DNA of 63,781 nt, filler included, from Octopus bimaculoides (GCF_001194135.2; 8 parts of 7 records of this genome joined end to end with filler, not necessarily neighbours in it), one strand, 5' to 3'. Shown: positions 35,878-49,383, counted from the first letter of the whole stretch. Notes: generated by a model from the sequence alone, not told the origin. Translations and numbers: made by a program.

Positions 35878-37539
35878 TGTTGTACTTCGGGATGGTCATA
35901 TTGCCAGTTTAGTCAATACATATATATATNNNNNNNNNNNNNNNNNNNNNNNNNNNNNNNNNNNNNNNNNNNNTTAATTAATTAANNNNNNNNNNNNNNN
36001 NNNNNNNNNNNNNNNNNNNNNNNNNNNNNTATAATGTTTGCCTGGGTGTTATAAACAATACGGATCACTACGTCCATCAACAGGTCAATGTCAGGACACC
36101 CAACCAATTAACACTGCTACTATCATAGCACTCCTTCTTCGAACCCACAAGAGTTAACAAGTGAAACAGAGACAGGCAGAAACAAGAAAATGCCGCTGTT
36201 ACTTGAATACTATACAAATGTGTCTTTACAAAGATTTTTCTTTTAAATTTACCAAAATTTAAATTTTCAATAATTTTTGAAAAATCTATTATTCATATTT
36301 ACTGTTGAAAAGATCTCAAGGATCGAAACCGGTTCTGTAATGTTCTTTATAAAAGTATTTTAGCATTTTCTACTTTGTCTTTTTTCCATATCCATACATA
36401 GACATATATACATACACACACAACCATACAGATTTGCATACGTAACACTTTGAGATAGGACATACGTTTAGAAAAAATGCATTTCTCGTGCGCATATACA
36501 CATACTTACCTATATATTTGTAGATATTCACACAAAAATCACAAAGAAGCAAATGCATATGGTAAAAGATTTTCTATCAGCTATATATTTGCCCGATAAG
36601 AATATATTCTACATGTTTTAAATCCGGCATCGCCGACATATGACACGCGGACCAATTCACAGTGTCAAACACGCCTTTTGGAAAAAATAAACGTAAATAT
36701 TTGTTTATAACTATATTTCAGGAAGCGACATCATAATAATTAAATTACATAGTTAAACGTCTTTTTTATGATCCATCTTTTCTAACCTCAACTATTGGAA
36801 GTTAGATGTATTTGGCAGTATTACATTTACTTAAAAATATAGTACTACTGAACTCAAATAATTCTGACGATATCAATTTATAAATGTTAGCACAATTAAC
36901 TTGTTGTTAGTAAGCTAGAGCTGAAAGCATTTATATGTACTTTATTACTTAAGCCAGGAGCTAGAGACGCGAACGCCTATTTTTTGAAATCTGTTGAATA
37001 TTTAACAGTGCAGATCATGAGATGTTAAAATTAGTTAACCACCTTACAGCGGCCAGTCTAAAAAAAGACATCCTTAAAAATTGGCTCCTACTTTGCGGGT
37101 CATCTATAAGTAGACATTTTAAAAATTATTATCTCATTTTGAGGCCAGTTTTATATTAAACGGAAAGAAAAAGTGGTATTGACATGGGTTTTCAAAGACA
37201 AACAAACATTAAAAGTCAAAAATTATAATTATTTTCTTTGGTTTCAATTTCTCCTTTGTGAGTCAAGTTGTTTGATTTTTTTAGTGTATTTCTTTTTTTT
37301 TCTGTTTATTCATACCATTTATTTTAGTCTAATTATTTTTATTATTAAGAAAATTTATTCATTAAATCTATTTAATTCTTTTTTTTTTTTTATTCATTTA
37401 CTATTAATTTTATTCTAATTATTTTTATTTAGTCATTTTTATTTGTAGAATCTGGTTTAAGGGCTTATACACCTTTTAATACGAATTATCAATATATAGT
37501 GCCGCAAAATAAATAAAAGACAAAAACTTGATTTTCGTT

Positions 37540-38371
37540 CATTTCAAGATTTCCGTAGAACTGAGTATTGATTTGTACAACGAAATGATCATGCTGTGTG
37601 TGCATTCTGCTGTGAATCTGTCGTATGTCGTACATGAAGTGTACAAAGACACTATCAACTTAGGCACCAGAATACATTTTTAAAACTCTGATGAGAAAAG
37701 GAAAGCCATAAAAGCGCTATTTCTAGTTACAATAAAAGTACTTCTGTTTTTTGTTCAAATGCTTGCAGACAAAAATAAAGCCATCGAATGTAGTTACACA
37801 ATTGCTCAATGTACAGCTGAGAAAAGTAAACCTTTTATAGATGGAGAATTTATCAAAATGGCTTTTCTTTTCAGTAATTTACCAAACGCTAAAACAATAC
37901 TGTCTCGAAATCAAGAAATATCAGCATGTGCAAGGTCAATTGAGAGACATATAACTGATAAAACTGAAAACATAACAATAAAAGAAAAAAGTTATATTAC
38001 AAAAAGCTGCTGCATTCAGTGACGTGAACGAAACGGCGCGCCTAGCAATTTTTGCAAGTTATTGTGGCAATTATCGTATTTATAAAGAATTATGTTTTCT
38101 GATTCCTCTTACTAATACAACTTCAGGACAGAACATTCTGACTGCATTTGTAAATCATTTTGAAAATGAAGCCATTAATATAAATAAAATATTTTGTATT
38201 ACTACTGATGGTGCACGTGCAATGGTTGGAAAGGAAAAAGGATTTGTTAAGCTTCTTGAAAATCATGCTGGACGCAATGTAATGAGTTTTAATTGCATTA
38301 TACATCAGGAAAATTTAGTTGCAAAAATTTCGTCAAAAAACTTGAGTTCTCTCATGGACACTTTTAAATAG
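37540..38371 (+). mobile_element. hAT (Buster/Charlie, GTF2IRD2-like) transposase remnant
   Basis: KSKPFIDGEFIK, DVNETARLAIF, TTSGQNIL, ITTDGARAMVGKEKGFVKLL and CIIHQENL; frameshifted and truncated. Confidence 0.9.
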
Positions 38372-38831
38372 ATAACTTCGTAGTTTTTCGATCTTAGAAA
38401 GTCCTGTACTATTCATTTTGTTTTGGTCCCAGAATGTCGATTCATGGCTCGCGATTCTTGATTTAATGCAATTTTGTGTCTATCCGGTATAATAGAATTT
38501 AGGCAAATCCCGTGTTATTATTGTTGTCTGGTATACTACATGTTTTGTTCTGCAATCCCCGTCTAACTTGATTGTGTTTGGGTCTCTAAAATTAAGTTTA
38601 TATTTTCTGTAGATAATGAAATATTATTATTCTTCTTTGTTGATTTATATAAATTATTGTTAGTAGGGGTATTTATATTGTTAAAGTTGTTATTTACACT
38701 ATTATGTTATACGTTTTTGTTGTGTGCTTTAGTATCAATTTCGGTTTTTCTTTTATTTTCATAGAATAAATCGAGTTTTCTATTATCGAAGGAAGATATT
38801 TTCCTAAAAAGGTTTTGAGAAATTGAAAATC

Positions 38832-38870
<39 letters not shown>

Positions 38871-39124
38871 TATACATATATTATTGCAGCACATAATTCT
38901 AAAGTTCTTAAGACAGGCATGAATGGAATGANNNNNNNNNNNNNNNNNNNNNNNNNNNNNNNNNNNNNNNNNNNNTTAATTAATTAANNNNNNNNNNNNN
39001 NNNNNNNNNNNNNNNNNNNNNNNNNNNNNNNTTATTTATTTTGTATTTTATTTTGATTGTACATTTTATGTGTCCCCAATGTAGTTGTATTCCTCCTCTT
39101 TGTTGGCCCCTTTGTGGGTAATAA

Positions 39125-39285
39125 AAAATAGAAGTGTTAGAACAGATAAACTTAGAATTAGGGAGACTAGAAAAAATCGGAATTATCCAAAAAGTGGAAT
39201 ACTGTCAATGGGCAGCACCAAACGTGTACGTTAAGAAAAAGAATATTAAAATCAGAGGGTGTGCTGATTTCTCCACGGGTTTAAC
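39125..39285 (+). mobile_element. Gypsy RT N-terminal fragment
   Basis: ELGRLEKIGIIQKVEYCQWAAPNVYVKKKNIKIRGCADFSTGL (WAAP...KK...R.CAD motif). Confidence 0.85.
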
Positions 39286-39735
39286 CGAAAAAGCTAAGCG
39301 TACGAAAACCCTTGCTAGAATTGCTGCTTTAGATGTTCTTACTGATAAATAGCAAGAAAAACCTCTCAGTGGCAAATACCCAAAGAGAGTTGATCATGCT
39401 GATGTTGAAAAAGCCCTTACCCATCAATGGTTAGTGTCTGTTGGCTTAAAATCGGAGACAAAAGGGTTTATCATAACAGCCCAATCGACATAGATGTATC
39501 TGTCAAGACCTACCAAAAACTGAGCAAGTATAAAGATCTTGAAATAGAAATTGGAAAATGTGGAACCTCAAGACTAAAACAATACTTGTTGTCACAGGTG
39601 CCCTAGCAATCATAGGAAAAGGGATCGATTGCTACCTAGCTCAGATATCGGGGGAAATCCAAAATTGGACGAAATTTAAAAAAATAGTGCTCATGGGAAC
39701 TGCTCATATCCTAAGAGAATATTGTGCATGTAATC
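39286..39735 (+). mobile_element. R4/Dong-like non-LTR 3' fragment (REL region, internally deleted)
   Basis: LSGKYPKRVDHADVEKALTHQWLVSVGLKSETKGFIITAQ, then MWNLKTKTILVVTGALAII...KIVLMGTAHILR. Confidence 0.8.
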
Positions 39736-40974
39736 CCCAAAACATTTCAATCTGTAAACCGTATTAAAATATTGGGTTGAGGAATAATTCGTGAGTGTTT
39801 TTTTACAAATTCAAAAATGCGCGCAGATATAAAACGCATTGGCAAAATGTTTTGTTACTTAAAAGAGTTTTTGCTCTACAAGATAAAGTTTTGATTTTTT
39901 TTTTTTTTTTTTTTTTNNNNNNNNNNNNNNNNNNNNNNNNNNNNNNNNNNNNNNNNNNNNNNNNNNNNNNNNNNNNNNNNNNNNNNNNNNNNNNNNNNNN
40001 NNNNNNNNNNNNNNNNNNNNNNNNNNNNNNNNNNNNNNNNNNNNNNNNNNNNNNNNNNNNNNNNNNNNNNNNNNNNNNNNNNNNNNNNNNNNNNNNNNNN
40101 NNNNNNNNNNNNNNNNNNNNNNNNNNNNNNNNNNNNNNNNNNNNNNNNNNNNNNNNNNNNNNNNNNNNNNNNNNNNNNNNNNNNNNNNNNNNNNNNNNNN
40201 NNNNNNNNNNNNNNNNNNNNNNNNNNNNNNNNNNNNNNNNNNNNNNNNNNNNNNNNNNNNNNNNNNNNNNNNNNNNNNNNNNNNNNNNNNNNNNNNNNNN
40301 NNNNNNNNNNNNNNNNNNNNNNNNNNNNNNNNNNNNNNNNNNNNNNNNNNNNNNNNNNNNNNNNNNNNNNNNNNNNNNNNNNNNNNNNNNNNNNNNNNNN
40401 NNNNNNNNNNNNNNNNNNNNNNNNNNNNNNNNNNNNNNNNNNNNNNNNNNNNNNNNNNNNNGTGTGTGTGTGTGTGTGTGTGTGCGCGTGTGCGCGTGTG
40501 TGTGCGTGCGTGTGCGCGCGCGCGTGAGAGAGTCACGGCTAAAATACTTAGATATAATTTTCACCTTTTGGATGGTAAATAAATTACAAAATAAATGAGT
40601 TGTAACTGATAGAAATAACACGATGTTTTATCAGGAGAGAAAATCTTTCAGATTGAATATTGTGATACGTTTGATTGTAATGAATATTAGATTAGTTTTA
40701 GTGATTACTATACCTGTAATTGACACTCCGTCGGTTACAACGACGAGTGTTCCAGTTGATCCGATCAACAGAACACCCTGCTCTTGAAATTAACGTGCAA
40801 GTGGCTGAGTACTCCACAGATATGTATACCCTTCACGTAATAATCGGGGAGATTCAGTGGCACAATGTGACAATGCTGGCCCCTTTGAATTATAACTCAT
40901 TTTTGCCAGCTGAGTGGACTATACATGAGACTCTAGTTTGCTATCTTAGTTTTAACACACAGACATTGTACCTG

Positions 40975-41365
40975 TCTGTCTAGTCAACATCTACATAATG
41001 TCTACCTACCCAGTCAACATCTATACACTTTGTCTATTTAACTAGTCAACATCTACACACTGAGTCTGTTTACTCAGCCAACATCTACACATAGCATTTA
41101 TCTATACACGCAACAACTACACATCGTGTCTGTCTATCCACTCAACATTGTGTGCATCTATCCAATCAACATCTACATACTGTCTTTTTATCCAGTCAAC
41201 TCCTATATCACTCCAGTGAACATCTATATACTGTCTTTTTATCCAGTCTACTCCATCACCTCTACATCCCGAGTCTATCTATCCAGTCAACATCCACACA
41301 TTCTTCCTACCTACCCAGTCAACGTCTGCACACCACGTCCATCCATGCAGTCATCATCTACACAA
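40975..41365 (+). repeat. Degenerate about 30-bp minisatellite (cagtcaacatctacacactgtctatctatc), roughly a dozen units
   Basis: Recurring cagtcaacatcta core; related units at 41575-41610 and 43945-44060. Confidence 0.85.
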
Positions 41366-41772
41366 TACATATGTCTATCTGCACCAAACTATTCACTAGG
41401 CCTTTCATTCCATCCAGTCACCAGCATACACACATAATAACCGAACAATTCTCTCTCTCTCTGTCTCTCTCACTCTGTCACTCTCTCCGGTCAGTATCCT
41501 GTACATTATATCTATCAATCTACACAATCAACATTAACACAAAAGTATTTTTACAATCAACATTCCCCGACTGTTTATCTAAGCAGTCAGCATCTACACA
41601 CAGTATGTCTATTTATTTCGCACCTGCAGACTGTGCGTCTCGAGTCACTAACTCCATGCTGTAATTATCAAAATTGGAGACTATATTCAGAAACTATTCC
41701 ATGCGTAACAAATGTCCGTTTTTCAGTTTTATACATTCTATTTATTATCTAATGATGATGACAATATATATA

Positions 41773-41809
<37 letters not shown>

Positions 41810-42386
41810 NNNNNNNNNNNNNNNNNNNNNNNNNNNNNNNNNNNNNNNNNNNNNNNNNNNNNNNNNNNNNNNNNNNNNNNNNNNNNNNNNNNNNNNNNNN
41901 NNNNNNNNNNNNNNNNNNNNNNNNNNNNNNNNNNNNNNNNNNNNNNNNNNNNNNNNNNNNNNNNNNNNNNNNNNNNNNNNNNNNNNNNNNNNNNNNNNNN
42001 NNNNNNNNNNNNNNNNNNNNNNNNNNNNNNNNNNNNNNNNNNNNNNNNNNNNNNNNNNNNNNNNNNNNNNNNNNNNNNNNNNNNNNNNNNNNNNNNNNNN
42101 NNNNNNNNNNNNNNNNNNNNNNNNNNNNNNNNNNNNNNNNNNNNNNNNNNNNNNNNNNNNNNNNNNNNNNNNNNNNNNNNNNNNNNNNNNNNNNNNNNNN
42201 NNNNNNNNNNNNNNNNNNNNNNNNNNNNNNNNNNNNNNNNNNNNNNNNNNNNNNNNNNNNNNNNNNNNNNNNNNNNNNNNNNNNNNNNNNNNNNNNNNNN
42301 NNNNNNNNNNNNNNNNNNNNNNNNNNNNNNNNNNNNNNNNNNNNNNNNNNNNNNNNNNNNNNNNNNNNNNNNNNNNNNNNNNNNNN

Positions 42387-42418
<32 letters not shown>

Positions 42419-42529
42419 TTGTCAAATCTCTCCCAAATTCTTGTGTCTATTTAATCATCTTCTCCGTTTTTCTAAATTTCTGGTTTCGCGCCCATGTTGA
42501 AAACGATTATCATTATTGTTGTTGCTAAG

Positions 42530-42745
42530 GCGGTGAGCTGGCAGAATCGTTAACACACCGGGCGAAATTCTTTGCAGTATTTCGTCTGCCGCTACGTTCT
42601 GAGTTCAAGTTCCACCGAGATCGACTTTGGCTTTCAACCTTTCGAGGTCGATAAATTCAGTACCAGTTACGCACTGAGGTCGATGTAATCGACTTAACCC
42701 CTTTGTTCTTTTTCATTCCCTCTATGTTTAGCCCCTTGTGGGCAA
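42530..42745 (+). mobile_element. Full-length SINE
   Basis: ggcggtgagctggcagaatcgttaac...gtgggcaat head-to-tail. Confidence 0.85.
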
Positions 42746-42762
42746 TTATATGTGTATATATA

Positions 42763-42796
<34 letters not shown>

Positions 42797-43379
42797 NNNN
42801 NNNNNNNNNNNNNNNNNNNNNNNNNNNNNNNNNNNNNNNNNNNNNNNNNNNNNNNNNNNNNNNNNNNNNNNNNNNNNNNNNNNNNNNNNNNNNNNNATAT
42901 ATATATATATATATGCAGCGCAGTGTAAAGCCTTACCAAAAGAAAGGTAAAGTTTAATTGTCATTAAGTACTACTAAATGTGTTAGAAGCACCTGTATTG
43001 CTAGAAATAAGAGCAGATTGTTTTGTTGATCAAATCAGCTGGATCCCTTGTCATTCTGGCCGATGCAGTGTTAGTAAAGATATTATATTTGCGCACAAGC
43101 ATGAAATAAAAACACTGAAACCTTATTTTAGTTTTTATATATTTTATTAATAAAATAAAAAGAAAATCGGTTGATAATTCACAGAGGAAAAAAAGTACAG
43201 TTTGTCATAAATGTATAAAACCTGAACTATTGCAGATAAAAGATTTGTTGGCCTACATACATCTCCTTAACAGCTCTCTTGACAGGAAGTTGTAGTAATT
43301 CATTAAATTTCTACCAAATTTTACTAAATCACACTACCAGCATCATAAAATAGTAATTATCTACTATAAACAAAAGACC

Positions 43380-43750
43380 TGCAATTTAGGGAAAGAATGC
43401 TCAGTTGACTACATCGTTCCCAGTAGTTAACTGGTACTCATTTTATAGACCCCAGAAGGATGAAAGACAAACTCAACCTAGGCAAAATTTGAACTCTGAA
43501 CTTTGACAAAATGCCACTAAGCATTTTTTATGGCATGCTAACGATTCTGCCAGCTCAATGCCCTGTTAATAATAATAATGATAATGATGGTTTCAAATTT
43601 ATGGAACAAGACCAACAATTTTGAGATGAGGGGACTGACTGATACCATTGGTCCCTCAACTTGACTGGTACTTTATTTTACCCACCCTGAAAGGATAAAA
43701 GCCTGCCACGAAGCATTTTATCTAATGCTCAACTGATTTAGCCAACAGGT
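43380..43750 (-). mobile_element. Two degraded SINE copies
   Basis: ggatgaaagacaaactcaacctaggc...aacgattctgccagctc, and a second copy at 43580-43750. Confidence 0.7.
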
Positions 43751-44057
43751 CACTATAATAATAATCTTTGAAAATGCCAGACTATATCAGAGATATTATT
43801 TAATAGATAAATATGCACTGTCTGTCTATTCTATGTGTATATCTTCTTACATATATATATATATATATACATACATAGAGAACATATCTTTCATCAGCTG
43901 CCACCATTAAAACACCGGCGTTATATATATATATACATACATATATACACAGTGTCAATGTATGCATTGTCTATCCATCTACTATACACAGTCTGTCTAT
44001 CTAGTCAGCATCAATCCATCCAGCTGACATCGTCACAACAAACCTTAACCAGTCTAG

Positions 44058-44141
<84 letters not shown>

Positions 44142-44405
44142 GCACACACACGTATTGAGTCTACCCAGATAAATATAAAAATAAAGCTATTATTTTCTGT
44201 ATGATTCGGATAATATTATTAAATGATTTTCATATAATCAATACAACTACTATTAATACTACTACTGCTGCTACAGAAGTGGGGAGTAATTTTTATTTTA
44301 AAACATTCCGCAGACAGATTTGAACTCTGCAAGCCATATTAATGAAAATACATCAATTATACCTGTCCATGTTTTTTTTTTTCCTATTTACAGTCATGTG
44401 GACCA

Positions 44406-44542
44406 ACCTATCAAGTGATTGTGCCTTGACCTTAAAACTGCCAGTTATAATGTGAGCTGATGCATATATATATATATGATGTGCACCAACTCACCATCAT
44501 AACTGGCAATGGTTAATATCAAGTCAAAATTACTTGCTAGGT
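44406..44542. repeat. Degenerate palindrome centred on (TA)n
   Basis: acctatcaagtgattgtgccttga...tgccagttataatgtgag pairs with ctcaccatcataactggca...tcaagtcaaaattacttgctaggt. Confidence 0.7.
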
Positions 44543-45024
44543 GTGTAAATATATATATATATACATACATACACACACAATATATATACACACACACATA
44601 CATATATGAAAATATATAAACATACAGGGCTTTGATATGTTCGCATCTTTTTGGGGAGATATCTCCTACAAACGGTGTTTAACCCAATTGGATATATGCA
44701 GGATTGCACCTAAGGACTCATACTCTGGTTTCAACAACTTTGGTAAGTTGAACTATGAACTTCTATGCTTCTTTATTCTTTTACTCCCTTCCTCTATGTT
44801 GTCATCTTATTAATATATACCATTCTCATTTTCCCTATTTGTCTCTGATTACAGAATATCCCTCATTCAAGGACGTCCCAGAAACAGCTGTAAAGATTTT
44901 GAATTTCTTCCTATAATAATATTGTATATGACTTGATGTTTACCTTGCCTTAATGCTTATTGTCCTGTTTAACAATTATGTAAATATATGTGTATATACA
45001 CACATATGTATAAAAATATATATT

Positions 45025-45093
<69 letters not shown>

Positions 45094-45600
45094 NNNNNNN
45101 NNNNNNNNNNNNNNNNNNNNNNNNNNNNNNNNNNNNNTTAATTAATTAANNNNNNNNNNNNNNNNNNNNNNNNNNNNNNNNNNNNNNNNNNNNTATATAT
45201 ATATATATTAAATTCAAATTACGATATAACGTAAACAAACAAACGAATTTGCTTTTTAGAAGCGTTGAGATGTCTTAGAAAATTAAAGAAGTGATATTTA
45301 AATTCTCAATCGCAGGATAATGCTAATAGTATAGCCTGAACAGGATAAACTACCCCTATTTTGCAGAAAAAAGTGTAGGTGGTAATATATAGTTCGTAGA
45401 TGAGAATCAGTTATTCTCCGTATACTTTGTAGTGCTCAAGAGAATTAAACTTGAACGGGTACAGAAATAAATGTAGGGACAAGCAAGTTAGAAGATCAGT
45501 ATATAAAGTTTTACTACATTAATACATGAAATATAAAAAAAAAATGTATATTTGTTTCCTTACAAAACAGTGGGACTTACACAGAATGCAAACGATATAT

Positions 45601-45798
45601 AGGATTAAAGGGGTTGACGAAAAGTATTACAAATCCAACAGCTGTTCCTGGGGGCTTGGTGCTTCAATGTTTGTAAATTGATTCCATCATAGGATGAGAC
45701 GAGCCTCCGTCTTCAGAGAAGAGATCTTACATTTGAGGTGTTAAAGGAAAGAAATGGCTGTTGGATTTGTAATAATTTTCTCTAATCCCTTTAATCCT
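45601..45798. mobile_element. MITE-like element with 42-bp terminal inverted repeats
   Basis: aggattaaaggggttgacgaaaagtattacaaatccaacagc (45601-45642) vs 45757-45798; 5 mismatches. Confidence 0.75.
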
Positions 45799-46189
45799 TA
45801 ATTTCATTTGTATTCTATGTTAGTCGGATCATTTTTGCATGAAAACATACTCTTGTTTTTTTTTTTAATTTGTTTTTACTCTTTTACCTGTTTCGGTAAT
45901 TTGACTGAGGCCATACTGGAGTACCACCTTTTAGTCGAATAAATCGACCCCAGGACTTATTCTTTGTAAGCTTAGTACTTATTCTATTGGTCACTTTGGC
46001 CGAACCGTTAAGTTACGGAGACGTAAACGCACCATCATCGGTTGGATCCGGCTGAGGACTACTGCTCTAAATCGTCTTGTCCCATTAAGAACGCTGTAGG
46101 GAACCATATATTTGACCCTTTCATGTTAGCTCCTAGCTTAGCCTGTCTTAAAAATGAAGGGAGATGTTATCTCAGAAGGCTTTCTCATA

Positions 46190-46402
46190 GGTTTCAGATT
46201 TTGGCACAAAGCCAGCAATTTTTGTAGAGGAAATAAATCAATTACATCGACCCCATTGCTCAACTGGTACTTATTTTATCGACCCTGAAAAGATGAAAGG
46301 TAAAGTCGACTTCGGCAGGATTGGAATTCAGAACGTACAGAGCCGGAAGAAATGCCGCTAAGCATTTTGCTTGGCGCGCTAACGATTCTGCAAGCTTGCC
46401 GC
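46190..46402 (-). mobile_element. SINE, head-to-head with the next copy
   Basis: Full reverse-complement consensus ending aacgattctgcaagcttgccgc. Confidence 0.85.
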
Positions 46403-46436
46403 ATTAAAACTGATGCGTTATTGGAGCCGTCTAAGG

Positions 46437-46941
46437 AGGCGAGCTGAAAGAAACGATAGCATGCCGGGTGAAATGCTTAGCGGTATTTCGTCTGTCTTTA
46501 CGTACTGAGTTCAAATTCCACCGAGGTCGACTTTGCATTTCATCCTTTCGGGGTCGATAAATTAAGTACCAGTTGCGTATTGTNNNNNNNNNNNNNNNNN
46601 NNNNNNNNNNNNNNNNNNNNNNNNNNNNNNNNNNNNNNNNNNNNNNNNNNNNNNNNNNNNNNNNNNCGATAAACTAAGTACCAGTTACGCACTGGGGTCC
46701 ATGTAATCGACTTAATCCGTTCGTCTGTTCTTGTTTGTTCCCTCTATGTTTATCCCCTTGTGGGCAATAACGAAATAGGTATTTCGTCTGTCTTTACGTA
46801 CTGAGTTCAAATTCCGCCGAGGTCGACTTTGCATTTCATCCTTTCGGGGTCGATAAATTAAGTACCAGTTGCGTATTGTGATCGATCTAATCGACTGGCA
46901 CCCTCCCCAAAAACTTCGGGCCTTGTGCCTAGAGTAGGAAA
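46437..46941 (+). mobile_element. SINE insertion (nested or duplicated across a gap) with about 20-bp target-site duplication
   Basis: Flanks gttattggagccgtctaagg (46417-46436) and gttattggaaccgtctgaagg (46942-46962). Confidence 0.8.
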
Positions 46942-47609
46942 GTTATTGGAACCGTCTGAAGGTAGAGTAATGCATAATAGAGAATGAAACGTCAAAAGCA
47001 CGAGATGGCTACGACTGCAACACTGTGGATCAGACGTTTACTATAACTGATCTGGAGTGAAATACGGCTGGAACGCCTTCGGTTATAGGTCTCTCTAACA
47101 GCATCAAGACCACCACCATCAATACAACCAGCCAAGTCAAAGTGGGCGTTTTTCCTAAAATGCTAAACATCACAACCAAATCTTTTTTAAGTGACACTCA
47201 ACAGTCACAGAAAAAGATAGACTGAATTCATTATTAACGCGGTTCTGAGTTCTCTTCGCTTAGGGAAGAGTGCGAAAAGTCGGGATAGTTACGGCTGAAA
47301 TGGCTTGGATATTTAGCCTTGTTCGACCAGTACTGACATGGGGTTAAACAGCAATAAGAACACTTTATAACTGCACTCCTTCTACCCTTCCACTCTTCCT
47401 CCTCCTCCTCCGCCTCCCTTCATTCTCCCTGTTTTAACCCCCCTCACTTTCCTCCCTCGCTGTTCTTCTTTCCCTCACCCTACCACCCTCGCTTTCTATT
47501 ACATTATTTAACCGGCTTTCATTGCGCTCCTCCCCTTCCTCGTTTTACTATACTACTGAAGAAAATTATATACGTTCACACTGGCAATACACATGATCTA
47601 TCTGAATGT

Positions 47610-47628
47610 ACCACGTGGCTCACGTGGT
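47610..47628. promoter_or_regulatory. Dyad of two CACGTG E-boxes (accacgtg-gct-cacgtggt) in a GC-rich, (CCG)n-containing patch
   Basis: CACGTG at 47612-47617 and 47621-47626; further acgtgg/gcgtgg half-sites follow; (CCG)n near 47752-47770. Confidence 0.4.
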
Positions 47629-48176
47629 GCTGAATTGTGAAACGTGGAGGTGTGTGGTGACGCGCTGTGGCGCGTGGCATTGTGCCGTTTATACTTCTAC
47701 CTTGACGCTCATAACGACAACGACGATGGCAGTGACAATCCCCCATCACCACCGCCGCCGCCGCCGCCGCTGCCGCTATTACTACCTGGATTGTGTGCGT
47801 GTGTGTGTGTGTATTTGCGTATGTATGTCTATGAGTAAATGGTTTGTGTGTGCGAGTGATTGCGTGAGCGATAGTGTGAGTGTGTGTGCGTGTGTGTGTG
47901 TGTGTTTGCGTATGTGTGTCTATGAATAAATGGTTTGTGTGTGCGAGTGATTGTGAACGATAGTGTGTGTGTGTGTGTGTGTGTGTGTNNNNNNNNNNNN
48001 NNNNNNNNNNNNNNNNNNNNNNNNNNNNNNNNNNNNNNNNNNNNNNNNNNNNNNNNNNNNNNNNNNNNNNNNNNNNNNNNNNNNNNNNNNNNNNNNNNNN
48101 NNNNCGTGTGTGTGTGTGTGTTTGCGTATGTGTGTCTATGAATAAATGGTTTGTGTGTGCGAGTGATTGTGAACGA

Positions 48177-48213
<37 letters not shown>

Positions 48214-49343
48214 CGCGTGTGTCTGTGTGTGTGTGTGTGTTTGCGTATGTGTGTGTGTGTGTGTGTACAAGGAAAGTGCGCGCGAGTTGTTTGCAATCAT
48301 CAGATGAGTGAACTCCTATGGTTGTTCGTGTTTATAGAAATAGCAGTCAAATATCCATTAATCTCACTCAATCGTCTTAAAAATAGAACACTACAGTGGT
48401 AATGTAGTCCTACGCTGCTTCTAAAACAGACGTGTCTGAATGCATTTGATCATGATCTGCTCAACCATGGCAAACCTAGGGTTAAACTATGACATCTATA
48501 ATAACACAATCACAAACAAAACTAATATATAACCAACAGCACTACACCACCACCACCAACAACAACAACAACACCATGATCAGTTCCCATCAACGAGAGA
48601 GCCTCAATGTGGTTGCTCATCTTGCTAGAAGTAGCCACCAAATCTTCCTGAGATCACACCCTACTCTCTTAAAACAAGAACAAAAGTAATATTATACAAT
48701 GCAGTCTTAGAAACTGCCTAGAAAGGTGCAATAGTCATGGTTAGGATGACGCTTGATCAAGCAAACAAAACTTCTGGATATAATATCATGGCTTCTTTAC
48801 AGAAAGTCACATGAGAAAATATATCCTTAGATGCGCTATGCCTAAGAAGAAGGTGTGTTCATGTGATCGCGGGTTCAATGTTTTGATCATAAGTATTCTG
48901 GATCGGAGCTACTCAGAACTGATTTAGAGCTGACAAAAACAACTACACTGTGCCACCACCACCTCTATCATCATCATCATCATCATTATCAACGTCAGCA
49001 GCAGCAACAAGAGCTGCAACAGTAAAATCAACGCCACAACGACAGTGACAACAACAACGCCATAATAACTCTAATGCCAACATCAATGAGAAGTCTATAC
49101 GTAATTATTCGGGCTGCTAAAATTAACGGCCAAATCATCCTCAAATTACATCTACCGTCTTGGAAAATGGAAGGACATATTGAGCAATGCATTTCAAGAA
49201 AGTCCTAAAATCATAGGACCTTGACTGGGACACTTTTGATCATAGGCTTTCTCGAAGCCGACAGACCTGGATCCAAACAGCAACAGTAACAAGAATATAC
49301 GCACTATATAAAGTAATCGTGTCTGTTTATTTGGGGAGGGGTT

Positions 49344-49375
<32 letters not shown>

Positions 49376-49383
49376 ATGTGTGT

